Origin: Clostridium sp.
Lineage (GTDB): Bacteria; Bacillota; Clostridia; Clostridiales; Clostridiaceae
NCBI GenBank assembly: GCA_036657335.1
Contig: JAVXGR010000002.1
Coordinates: 956 to 64,955 of the forward strand
DNA: 64,000 nucleotides
Direction: 5' to 3'
Shown: piece by piece, positions 32,508 to 40,586 of the stretch
Numbering within the stretch: the stretch's first letter is position 1
Layout: the number at the start of each line of letters is the position of its first letter
The notes under the pieces: generated by a model
The model's input: only the letters and a program-made list of their open reading frames with translations
Databases searched by the model: none
Told to the model about the DNA's origin: nothing
Program-made: the position numbers and the translations under genes

Positions 32508-33806
32508 TTATTTAATAATATTAAGTTCCTTAAATATTTCCATGCCCTCTGATAAATATTTACTTGCATCAATCATATTGCCTTTACTCATATAAAAATT
32601 ACCTAGAATTATTGATATATCTCCTGCTGATTTTATTAACTCCATATTTTTAGATATAGTTAATGCCATGATTAATGTGTTTTCTGCTTCAATTTCTGAT
32701 TGTTCCTGCAAATCTACTCTATACTTAAGAAGATAATATTTTATAATCACTTTAGGATTTTTATCATTTGCAAATTCTCTTATTTCCGACAAAAGTTTCT
32801 TAGACTTTTCTATATTTTTCAATCTTATATGATTTTCGCATATGTTAATTAAAGTTTCTATTAACATATCATCATTTTGTTGTACCCTCATTTCCCTTGC
32901 CCTGTTTAAATGATTAAATGATGTCTCTATAAGATTGAATTCTGAGAATAATTTTCCTAGGTCATTTTCTATACTAGAGGTTAACTTATTTTGATCAATT
33001 TCTCTATAGACCCTTAAACTTTTATTTGAATATTTAATAGCCCTTTCCATATCACCATCATCACTAGCTACTTCTGCTAATTTTAATAAATTTTTAGCAT
33101 AATGCTTTTTATCATTTAAAATTTTAAATTGATTTTCAGCTAAGTAGCAGTAGTGTCTAGCTTTATCAACATTTTCTAATTTAAAATAGTTATAGGAAAT
33201 AAAATAATAAATTTCTCCTATTAAATAGTCATCACCTATTTCGTTATCCTTATATAATTTTTCCGCTTGTTGAAAATATGTAATTGATGAATGATATGCC
33301 CTTAATGTCAAAGTTATAATCCCAAGATTTAATAAAGTTTTGATAACTTTTTCGTAAGCATTATTTTTCATAAAAATAACATTTGACTCTAAAAAGCTTT
33401 GTTGGGCTAAAGAATAGGCTTTTTTATAAAGATAAATCTTTCCTCTAATATAGTGTGCTTCCGCCTCTATTAAAGATAATAAGTATTTTTCTGAATATAG
33501 TAAAGCCTTTTCTAAATATATCTCACTCTTCTCAACATCACCATTTAATAAATATGCCTTAGCCATATTCTCAAAATAAACACATATTTTTTGAGCCTGA
33601 CTCTCTTCCGACTCCATTAAATACTCCACGGAGGTACCTAAATTATCTGCTAAATATTCTAGCAAATCCATACTTGGGTTTGATTTTCCTGATTCAACTA
33701 GACTTATCTGTCCTGGTGTAATTCTGTCACCTGCTAAGTCCTTTAATGTCATATTAAATTCTTTTCTTTTTCTTTTAATCTTTTCTCCCAAAGATAATAT
33801 TTCCAT
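32508..33806 (-). CDS. XRE-HTH + TPR transcriptional regulator (RRNPP-like architecture)
   Basis: GEKIKRKR...TLKDLA...QISLVESGKSNPS HTH plus TPR repeats. Confidence 0.87.
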   Translation of the reverse strand: MEILSLGEKIKRKRKEFNMTLKDLAGDRITPGQISLVESGKSNPSMDLLEYLADNLGTSVEYLMESEESQAQKICVYFENMAKAYLLNGDVEKSEIYLEKALLYSEKYLLSLIEAEAHYIRGKIYLYKKAYSLAQQSFLESNVIFMKNNAYEKVIKTLLNLGIITLTLRAYHSSITYFQQAEKLYKDNEIGDDYLIGEIYYFISYNYFKLENVDKARHYCYLAENQFKILNDKKHYAKNLLKLAEVASDDGDMERAIKYSNKSLRVYREIDQNKLTSSIENDLGKLFSEFNLIETSFNHLNRAREMRVQQNDDMLIETLINICENHIRLKNIEKSKKLLSEIREFANDKNPKVIIKYYLLKYRVDLQEQSEIEAENTLIMALTISKNMELIKSAGDISIILGNFYMSKGNMIDASKYLSEGMEIFKELNIIK

Positions 33807-34053
33807 TTCAACTCATCCTTTACGTAAAAGTACTAAATTTTAATTTAATTAAATCTACTTTATAAATTACTGACATGATTAAATGTATTATACAAATTAT
33901 TAACATTATTATATCATAAAATAGTCTAATACTGCAAAAACAACTATTAAATTTAAAAATTTTCTTTTCAATTCAAAAAACTCCGAATATTTCGGAGTTT
34001 TACATTGTTTTTTTAAAGTTTTATTAAAATAAAATATTATTTTAGTAGCTCTC

Positions 34054-34094
34054 GTGAACTACTCACCATCTAAGAGGTGGGAGCTTCTTGTTAA
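34054..34094 (-). mobile_element. 41-bp IS200/IS605-type single-hairpin mini-element (PATE-like / right-end remnant)
   Basis: Minus strand TTTAT|TTAACAAGAAGCTCCCACCTCTTAGATGGTGAGTAGTTCAC: hairpin and TCAC terminus typical of Firmicute IS605/IS1341 ends, preceded by TTTAT. Confidence 0.7.
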
Positions 34095-34117
34095 ATAAAG
34101 ACTATTTAAACTTACTA

Positions 34118-34303
34118 TTACTTAATCATAGACCACATATTATCTCCAATACCATAAATTGCAGTCTTAGCCATATTCATCTTTTTTTTCATTTTTCTTT
34201 TTGTTTTCTTATCCATATATGGCATAACTGCCATCTCTGCTGCTGCTCCAACCATAAGACCTAGAGTCATGCCACCAATAAATTTCCCATTCATATTATA
34301 CAC
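34118..34303 (-). CDS. Small YtxH-like membrane protein
   Basis: KFIGGMTLGLMVGAAA hydrophobic segment plus basic stretch; AAGGGTGT SD. Confidence 0.7.
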   Translation of the reverse strand: MYNMNGKFIGGMTLGLMVGAAAEMAVMPYMDKKTKRKMKKKMNMAKTAIYGIGDNMWSMIK

Positions 34304-34404
34304 ACCCTTTCTTATTTTATAGAATATATATATTTATTTCTATAGCCTTAGAGTGTGTATTTTTATATTAAATAACCCTGTCAATTTCTACTTCACTTAA
34401 CATA

Positions 34405-35604
34405 TTAAGTTATACTTTTAAAATTCTTAACTTTTCTTTTTTTACCTCTTAATTCTTTTTTCGACCTACCTTTAATTTTAAATAGAGATTTAACCACTTT
34501 AAGTACTTTCCTAGTATTATCAAGGCCAATAACAATTGTTAGATACTCTATAGCTTCACTTATAACTAGGATTATATTTCCTTTTCCCTGCCAATGTTCT
34601 AATATTATTTCCTTAGGAACTTCATTTATAAGCTTATCCAAAACAAAAAATATAATTGTAATATCATCAATTTTTCCTATAAATGGTATTGTGTCCGGGA
34701 TTATATCTATTGGTAGTGAAACATATGCTATAGCTGCTCCTATTAACAATTTAGTTTTTATAGCTACTCTTTTATCTTTAAATAACCTTACCATTAATGC
34801 TATTAAATCTGGTATTAACAGGGCATATTCTAGTATCTTCTTGTATTTACTAGGTACACTCTTTTTTATATTCTTTCTTATATCAGTATATCCATCCCTA
34901 GATTTACCTAGGTCACTACTGTCCTTTGACTCTTTTTTTGATACTGATATCTCTTTATTCATAGTAATGTCCTTAGATTCGATTTCATTTTCTTCCACTA
35001 TATCATCTAACTTTAAATCTTTTTTTGATTTATTGTTTATTTTTATTAAATTACATTCTTCTGTTTCTTTATTTATGTTTTTATAATCCATAGTATTTAC
35101 TAACTCATAATTTCTCTTTAACTCTTCTACTGTTACTACCGCCTTATTATTATCTACTTTTAAATCACTTATATCACAAAATAACTTTTCATTTTCTAAT
35201 ATAATTGAAATCACTTTGAAATCAACCATTGGTATTAATTGATTTATGACCTTTAAATCAATTCTGATTTCTTTATTTTTATACCCTATGCCTAAATATT
35301 TAAACAGATTAATTATTTTCTTTTCAATTACCCCCACTATTCCACTAAATACTCCAATGTTAAATACCTTAACTTTTTCTAATTTTAGAATAATTATATT
35401 GTTTATTACATCAACAATACCTAGTTCTACTCTGAAATCAAGGTTAAACTTCCATGTATAAACTCCTTGAATTATTATATTTTTATCTATTGTTAATTTG
35501 TTTATTTTTAATTCTTCTATTTTAGCATATTTTTCAACTACATCTTCTATTATGCTAAATAAGTCATTCTGTGTAAGTTGTATATTAATATTAGATACTT
35601 TCAC
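34405..35604 (-). CDS. YkvA/DUF1232 domain-containing protein
   Basis: C-terminal YVSLPIDIIPDTIPFIGKIDD motif; GTG start after GAGGAGGG. Confidence 0.85.
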   Translation of the reverse strand: MKVSNINIQLTQNDLFSIIEDVVEKYAKIEELKINKLTIDKNIIIQGVYTWKFNLDFRVELGIVDVINNIIILKLEKVKVFNIGVFSGIVGVIEKKIINLFKYLGIGYKNKEIRIDLKVINQLIPMVDFKVISIILENEKLFCDISDLKVDNNKAVVTVEELKRNYELVNTMDYKNINKETEECNLIKINNKSKKDLKLDDIVEENEIESKDITMNKEISVSKKESKDSSDLGKSRDGYTDIRKNIKKSVPSKYKKILEYALLIPDLIALMVRLFKDKRVAIKTKLLIGAAIAYVSLPIDIIPDTIPFIGKIDDITIIFFVLDKLINEVPKEIILEHWQGKGNIILVISEAIEYLTIVIGLDNTRKVLKVVKSLFKIKGRSKKELRGKKRKVKNFKSIT

Positions 35605-35761
35605 TTCATCACCCTCCTCTTATAAATTACAGGCTTTTGTATATCTTACCATAACCTGTGTCATATTATTTAGTATACTATATATGAATATCTATTAAAA
35701 TAATATTTTGTATAAAGTGAACTTCTAAGTTATTTCATCTACTGTTTTTTTATAAAATAAC

Positions 35762-35789
35762 TTGATTTTATAGAACAAAGTGTTATAAT
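35762..35789 (+). promoter_or_regulatory. Sigma-A promoter (extended -10) upstream of the cobalamin riboswitch
   Basis: TTGATT-N16-TATAAT with TG at 35781-35782. Confidence 0.6.
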
Positions 35790-35806
35790 GAGTTTGTAAA
35801 ATTTAA

Positions 35807-36016
35807 TATATTTTATGGTTTCAAAGTTTTTCTTTGAATTAAAAGGGAAGTTGGTGAAAGTCCAACACGAACCCGTCACTGTAACAAGGAGTATATTCTA
35901 GTACACCACTGTTAATTTAATTAATGGGAAGGTTAGAATATATGTGGATATGAAGTCAGGAGACCTACCATAGAATATAGACTAGAAAGTCCCACGGGAA
36001 AATTGGGAGGTGTCTA
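35807..36016 (+). ncRNA. Cobalamin riboswitch (class I type, with kissing loop)
   Basis: AAAAGGGAAGTTGGTGAAAGTCCAACAC, CCCGTCACTGTAA, CACCACTG...TGGGAAGG and B12-box AGTCAGGAGACCTACC. P1 is TATATTTTATGGT/ACCATAGAATATA; the downstream hairpin loop ACGGG is complementary to CCCGT. Confidence 0.93.
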
Positions 36017-36085
36017 ACATAAAAGAATTATTTAGTATGTTCTTAAAAACAGACTATTTCCTATAAATCTTTTACTTGTTATACC

Positions 36086-36111
36086 AAGCATCCCTTAGAG
36101 GATGCTTTTTT
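36086..36111 (+). terminator. Riboswitch expression-platform terminator
   Basis: AAGCATCC-cttaga-GGATGCTTTTTT between the aptamer and the downstream gene. Confidence 0.8.
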
Positions 36112-36328
36112 ATGTTCATAACTTAATTTGGTCTTAATATACTATTACTTAAATATTATCAGCCTGATAAAGTAAGTGTAAGTATATATTAAGTAATTAC
36201 TTATTCTCATAATTACTCCCTAAGTGTAGAAATGAGAATAAGTAATAAAATAAAGTTTGATACATTTAATTAGCATTCTATCTAAAAAAAATTTTAAAAC
36301 AAATAAAAGATTTTACAAGGAGAAATTT

Positions 36329-37219
36329 ATGAAAATCAGCAAAATAACTCAAGGATCTAGCTCATGTACTGAGAGTGCCCCCAAAAAAATCAAACAAGTT
36401 TCCCTAATACTTTTAGGAAGCTTTATTTATTCTTTAAGTGTAAATATGTTTATAGTTCCAAATAAGTTTTTAAGTGGTGGAGTGGCTGGTATTGGCTTGT
36501 TATTGCAATATGTAACTGATATTCCCTCTGGTTACTTTACTTTACTAATAAATATACCTATTTTCTGTTTTGGAATTAAAGTAATTAATAAGGAGTTTGG
36601 AATACTAAGCTTTATTGGCATGTTATCCATGTCTATATTTTTAGTACTAACTAAAAATGTAAGCACCCTTATAAGGGTAGATGATTTGTTGATTTCCTGT
36701 ATAAGCGGTGGAGTTTTATGCGGGGTAGGTATGTCCATAATCTTCTTAAACAAAGCTTCCGAAGGTGGAACAGATATAATAGCTATAGCTTTAATGAAAA
36801 AATATGGTTTGAAAATTTCCTCAATGAGCTTTATATTAAATGCCCTTATTGTATTTATCGGCTTGCTTTTAAATGATTTAACCATAACTGTTTACACATT
36901 AATGTCATTATTTATAAGATCATATATCTTAGATAAAATAATTAATATGTCTAATGAAAAAAAATTAATTATTGCAATAAGTGATAATTGTGATGAAATA
37001 ACCCATTCCATATTTACTCTCTTGGGAAGAGGTGTAACATTTCTCCATGGTGAAGGTGCCTTTACTGGAGAAAAAAAGAAAGTTATATACTCAATAATGA
37101 ACCCACAACAGGTTGAAAAAGCTAAGAAAACTATACTTGATATAGATCCTCATGCTGTAATAAGTATAATGAACCTTAATGAAGTTCATGGTAAAGGTTT
37201 TACTCAATTATCCTTTTAA
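36329..37219 (+). CDS. YitT family membrane protein (DUF161/DUF2179)
   Basis: LSGGVAGI, NIPIF, SEGGTDI, LGRGVT...GEGAFTG and IDPHA motifs; ATG 36329 after AAGGAG. Confidence 0.9.
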   Translation: MKISKITQGSSSCTESAPKKIKQVSLILLGSFIYSLSVNMFIVPNKFLSGGVAGIGLLLQYVTDIPSGYFTLLINIPIFCFGIKVINKEFGILSFIGMLSMSIFLVLTKNVSTLIRVDDLLISCISGGVLCGVGMSIIFLNKASEGGTDIIAIALMKKYGLKISSMSFILNALIVFIGLLLNDLTITVYTLMSLFIRSYILDKIINMSNEKKLIIAISDNCDEITHSIFTLLGRGVTFLHGEGAFTGEKKKVIYSIMNPQQVEKAKKTILDIDPHAVISIMNLNEVHGKGFTQLSF

Positions 37220-37322
37220 TAAATATTGTTTGCATGTGATGTACTTTATATTTCTTAGAATACATAAAATAGAGCACTCTATCAAAAAGATATAGTGCTC
37301 TTTTAACAGTCTTTATTTTGTA

Positions 37323-38342
37323 TTACATTAATTTTCCCTTGGAATTATTGTTTTCTTGCAAAACCATTGCACCTATGATCCCACCAATTAAGCCCCCTAT
37401 ATGTCCCATCTGATCTATGTTTGGAATACTCATGCCCATAACTAAATTTAATGCTATAACTATTAATATATTTTGAATAAATCCCTTTCCTACTATATCT
37501 TTATTCTTTAATGAGTATATTAACACAGCTCCTAAAAGTCCAAATATTGCTCCCGATGCACCTATGCTAATTCCTCTTAAGAATAAAGAACTTACAAATG
37601 ATGATAATATTCCTGAACTAAAGTAAAGAAATAAATACTTTTTGTTTCCAAATACCTTTGATACTAAAGGTCCTAATGAATATAATGCATACATATTAAA
37701 AACTAAATGCATTAATCCCCCATGTAAGAATATAGATGTAACAAATCTATACAAAGAAGATATTTCAATAAATCCTATATTTACATTGGCTCCTAACTTG
37801 TACAATGTCATATTATCTATTTCAAGTATAACTCCTCTTTGTTTCAATGAAATTATAGCTGCTATAGCGTATATGATAACATTAATGGCAATTAATATTG
37901 TAGTGATTTTATCAATTTTTGTATTTCTACTTTCATGATTTTTTTTATGATGATTCACTATTAAAGAACTCATTTCTATTAAATTCTCAGATACCCTTCC
38001 TAATGCAATAACACTTGATTCATCTTCATTAATCAAGACACCCTTAACTAATGCATCTGATGCATTTTTAAATATTGAATCCTTATTTGAATTATTGCAA
38101 AATATAGCCGCAGATATATCTACAGATCCCTCAGTATTACCCAGTATTATATTTACATAATATCTATAATATCTCATGCTATCTTCATCTAAAAACACTA
38201 CAAACTTTTTTTCATTTTGATTTTCCTCTGACCTTAAAGCCCAAGCTACTTTATATTCTTCGCTAGCTTCTAATTCCACCAATGAATAATTAAAGTTATT
38301 CATCATTGTAGCTATAAATCTATCTTTATAAGTCTTTTTCAT
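37323..38342 (-). CDS. Rhomboid family intramembrane serine protease
   Basis: FLHGGLMHLVFNM, IGASGAIFG (catalytic Ser), MGHIGGLIGG (catalytic His); N-terminal soluble domain. Confidence 0.93.
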   Translation of the reverse strand: MKKTYKDRFIATMMNNFNYSLVELEASEEYKVAWALRSEENQNEKKFVVFLDEDSMRYYRYYVNIILGNTEGSVDISAAIFCNNSNKDSIFKNASDALVKGVLINEDESSVIALGRVSENLIEMSSLIVNHHKKNHESRNTKIDKITTILIAINVIIYAIAAIISLKQRGVILEIDNMTLYKLGANVNIGFIEISSLYRFVTSIFLHGGLMHLVFNMYALYSLGPLVSKVFGNKKYLFLYFSSGILSSFVSSLFLRGISIGASGAIFGLLGAVLIYSLKNKDIVGKGFIQNILIVIALNLVMGMSIPNIDQMGHIGGLIGGIIGAMVLQENNNSKGKLM

Positions 38343-38408
38343 TTCTACTCCCCTTTTTATAAATCTGGGCGTAAAACCACTATCCTTTTAAGGTAGCGGA
38401 TGTAAGCC

Positions 38409-38501
38409 CTAACCTTCGTTTTGGGTTCCTTTAACTGTGTATATTTTACTATCATACTTAACCAAATCGTTAGGCTGATAGAAATACTTTTGTTTTCGTA
38501 T
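38409..38501 (-). pseudogene. iscB: iscB C-terminal remnant (30 codons)
   Basis: IRKQKYFYQPNDLVKYDSKIYTVKGTQNEG* resembles the C-terminal region of clostridial IscB proteins and lies just downstream of the omegaRNA; PLMP/RuvC/HNH are absent. Confidence 0.65.
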
Positions 38502-38504
38502 TAA

Positions 38505-38812
38505 ATTATTCTCGCCCGAAGGCGGTAAACTCCCTTCGCCAATGTTATCCAGAGGTTTTGACTAGGTTCACTTCTCCTGCCATCAGAGATGTTTAGTTCC
38601 TATCGTAGAGTTCAGGACTTGGGAAACATCCTGAAGTACCTATATATTCTCTAGTAACGTAGTAGTTCGCTGTTCTCCCAAAAGGATACATTCCGACTAC
38701 TGAGGCTATTCAACCATCATCTTTGCCCGAAGGCTAGACAATACTACTTTCAGAGCAGACACTTAGGGCTTCGCCCCAAGCCCCTATCCCTTTAGGGTAG
38801 TGGGCTGTTGAC
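38505..38812 (-). ncRNA. IscB omegaRNA scaffold (HEARO-like)
   Basis: Ordered hallmark blocks on the minus strand: GTCAACAGCCC...GGGGCTTG, GTTGAATAGCCTCAGT, ACTACGTT, ATAGGTACTTCAGGATGTTTCCCAAGTCCTGAACTCTACG, TAAACA, AAAACC...AACATTGGCGAAGGG; also two GCCTTCGGGC (UUCG) hairpins. Confidence 0.85.
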
Positions 38813-38816
38813 AGTT

Positions 38817-39212
38817 TTACCTATTTCTCTTAGTTATTGAGTACTTTAATCTATGCAAGGGATATAACATATGCTTAAACACAATTCTAAACATAGCACA
38901 TATTACTATAAGAACCCTTCTAATAGCAGTTGAAATTATCCTACTAAACAACTTTAGATACACTGCTAACCCCACAAAAATAAGCAAATATATATATATA
39001 CTAACATAAGCATAATTAGTATACAACAAAAATATAAAGACTAAAATTGAGGCTAATAGCCAAAATAATACATCTTCTACTAAAGTCACTACAGGATTAC
39101 ATTTATCGTCACCCTTTATTACTCTGTATATATCAAAAAGTATCCCAGCTAATACTCCCGATAAAAGTGCACATATAAATCTGTTAACCTCAACAAAGGT
39201 TGGATTAATCAT
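38817..39212 (-). CDS. yabQ: Spore cortex biosynthesis protein YabQ
   Basis: LFDIYR and EDVLFW motifs; hydrophobic; follows yabP. Confidence 0.88.
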   Translation of the reverse strand: MINPTFVEVNRFICALLSGVLAGILFDIYRVIKGDDKCNPVVTLVEDVLFWLLASILVFIFLLYTNYAYVSIYIYLLIFVGLAVYLKLFSRIISTAIRRVLIVICAMFRIVFKHMLYPLHRLKYSITKRNR

Positions 39213-39218
39213 ACTTAT

Positions 39219-39524
39219 CTACCTAAACAGTCTAGCTAATATGCTGTCTTTTTTTTTGTTTTTCCTATTTTCGCTGTAAACAAAAGAGCTCAAGGTACCA
39301 GTTATACTTAATTCTCCATTAGCCACATCTAATTTATTCATCTTTAATTTTTTTCCTTCAATAATTAAATTCCCACCTTTGGTAATTAAATTGATTTCAT
39401 CCTCTGTAAAGCTTATAACTTCAAGTACACCAGTAACCTGTAGTTTGCTTCTATTGATTAAACTTAAATTTCCTAAGTTTTCTTCAATCTGAGTAGTTTT
39501 TTTTGTGTCTTTTCTGTTTTCCAC
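39219..39524 (-). CDS. yabP: Sporulation protein YabP
   Basis: LINRSKLQVTGVLEVISF, G.L.IEG..LKMNKLD, SILARLF; GTG start with GGAGG SD. Confidence 0.9.
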   Translation of the reverse strand: MENRKDTKKTTQIEENLGNLSLINRSKLQVTGVLEVISFTEDEINLITKGGNLIIEGKKLKMNKLDVANGELSITGTLSSFVYSENRKNKKKDSILARLFR

Positions 39525-39692
39525 AGCCTACCTCCAATCAACATAAACTATATATTCTTGATATTTTAAAATATATGCTGATTATCAGTAATTATTAACA
39601 ATTTATTTTTTAAATAAATTAATAAATTTCATATTTTGAAATTGTATATTTACATATATAATTTCACATATATAACCAGTTAAATTAATTGC

Positions 39693-39965
39693 CTATTCCA
39701 CATCAGTTTTTTCTGCATCTGCACCTGATATTATTTCATACATTTCTTTTGCTTGCTCTTTTCTTACATGCTCAATAATATTAATTATTTTTGCCTTTAA
39801 TGTTTGTTTAGCAAAAGCTATTTCAATAATATCACTTTCTCCTACAGCAGTACTAGGTTTAGCTATCTTACCATTAATAGATACTCTTCCGCTTTCACAG
39901 ATTTCCTTTGCTTTGGTTCTTCTTTTAATTATCCTTGATACTTTTAAATACTTATCTAACCTCAT
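39693..39965 (-). CDS. yabO: S4-domain RNA-binding protein YabO/RqcP
   Basis: MRLDKYLKVSRIIKRRT.AKE; start moved to MRLDK after the GAAAGGAAG SD. Confidence 0.9.
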   Translation of the reverse strand: MRLDKYLKVSRIIKRRTKAKEICESGRVSINGKIAKPSTAVGESDIIEIAFAKQTLKAKIINIIEHVRKEQAKEMYEIISGADAEKTDVE

Positions 39966-40154
39966 ATTGACTTCCTTTCCACATTGATACATCGGTTTCA
40001 TTATTTATATTTTATTATCTATTATATTACAAATTACATATAATAACCATATATACTATTATAAATAAAACTTTTTTCTATATGTACAAAAGATAGACAC
40101 TGAATATTAATAAAAAAACCTAGATATATACCTAGGTTTTAACTTATTATGTTA

Positions 40155-40460
40155 TTATTTTGTACTTACTGTATCTTCAGCTTGTTTTTTGTTTACTATA
40201 TCTTTAAATTCTTTTCCTGCTTTAAAAACTGGAGCTGTTGATGCTGGAATTTGTATTTCTTCCTTAGTTCTTGGATTTCTTCCAATTCTAGCTGCTCTTT
40301 CTCTAGTTTCGAAAGTACCGAAACCTATAAGTTGAACTTTTTCATTGTTTTCTAAAGCTTCTTCTACTGATTCGATAAAAGCCTTTAATGCAGCTTCTGC
40401 ATCCTTTTTTGTAAGCTTTGATTTTTCACTCATAATACTAATTAATTCTGATTTATTCAC
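40155..40460 (-). CDS. hup: DNA-binding protein HU
   Basis: VQLIGFGTFETRERAARIGRNPRT, PVFKAGK. Confidence 0.97.
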   Translation of the reverse strand: MNKSELISIMSEKSKLTKKDAEAALKAFIESVEEALENNEKVQLIGFGTFETRERAARIGRNPRTKEEIQIPASTAPVFKAGKEFKDIVNKKQAEDTVSTK

Positions 40461-40586
40461 CTTTATACCTCCTTAATTTAAACGTATACTCACCATATTA
40501 AAAGTATACTACTCCTGTTTATTCTCTAAAAATTTCAAATTCATTTTTATATAAATTTTATACTTTTAAAATATAAAATACATATG

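Larger units (their letters stand above)
38361..38812. mobile_element. Non-autonomous IS200/IS605-family (IscB/OMEGA-type) element
   Basis: Flanking TTTAT at 38356-38360. Left hairpin GGGCGTAAAACCACTATCCTTTTAAGGTAGCGGATGTAAGCCC; related right hairpin AAGCCCCTATCCCTTTAGGGTAGTGGGCTGTTGAC ending in TGAC. GC-rich relative to its flanks; no tnpA. Confidence 0.88.

Noticed and set aside
36257-36328. Longer TTG start for yitT
   Set aside because: ATG 36329 has a good AAGGAG SD; the extension is not family-like.
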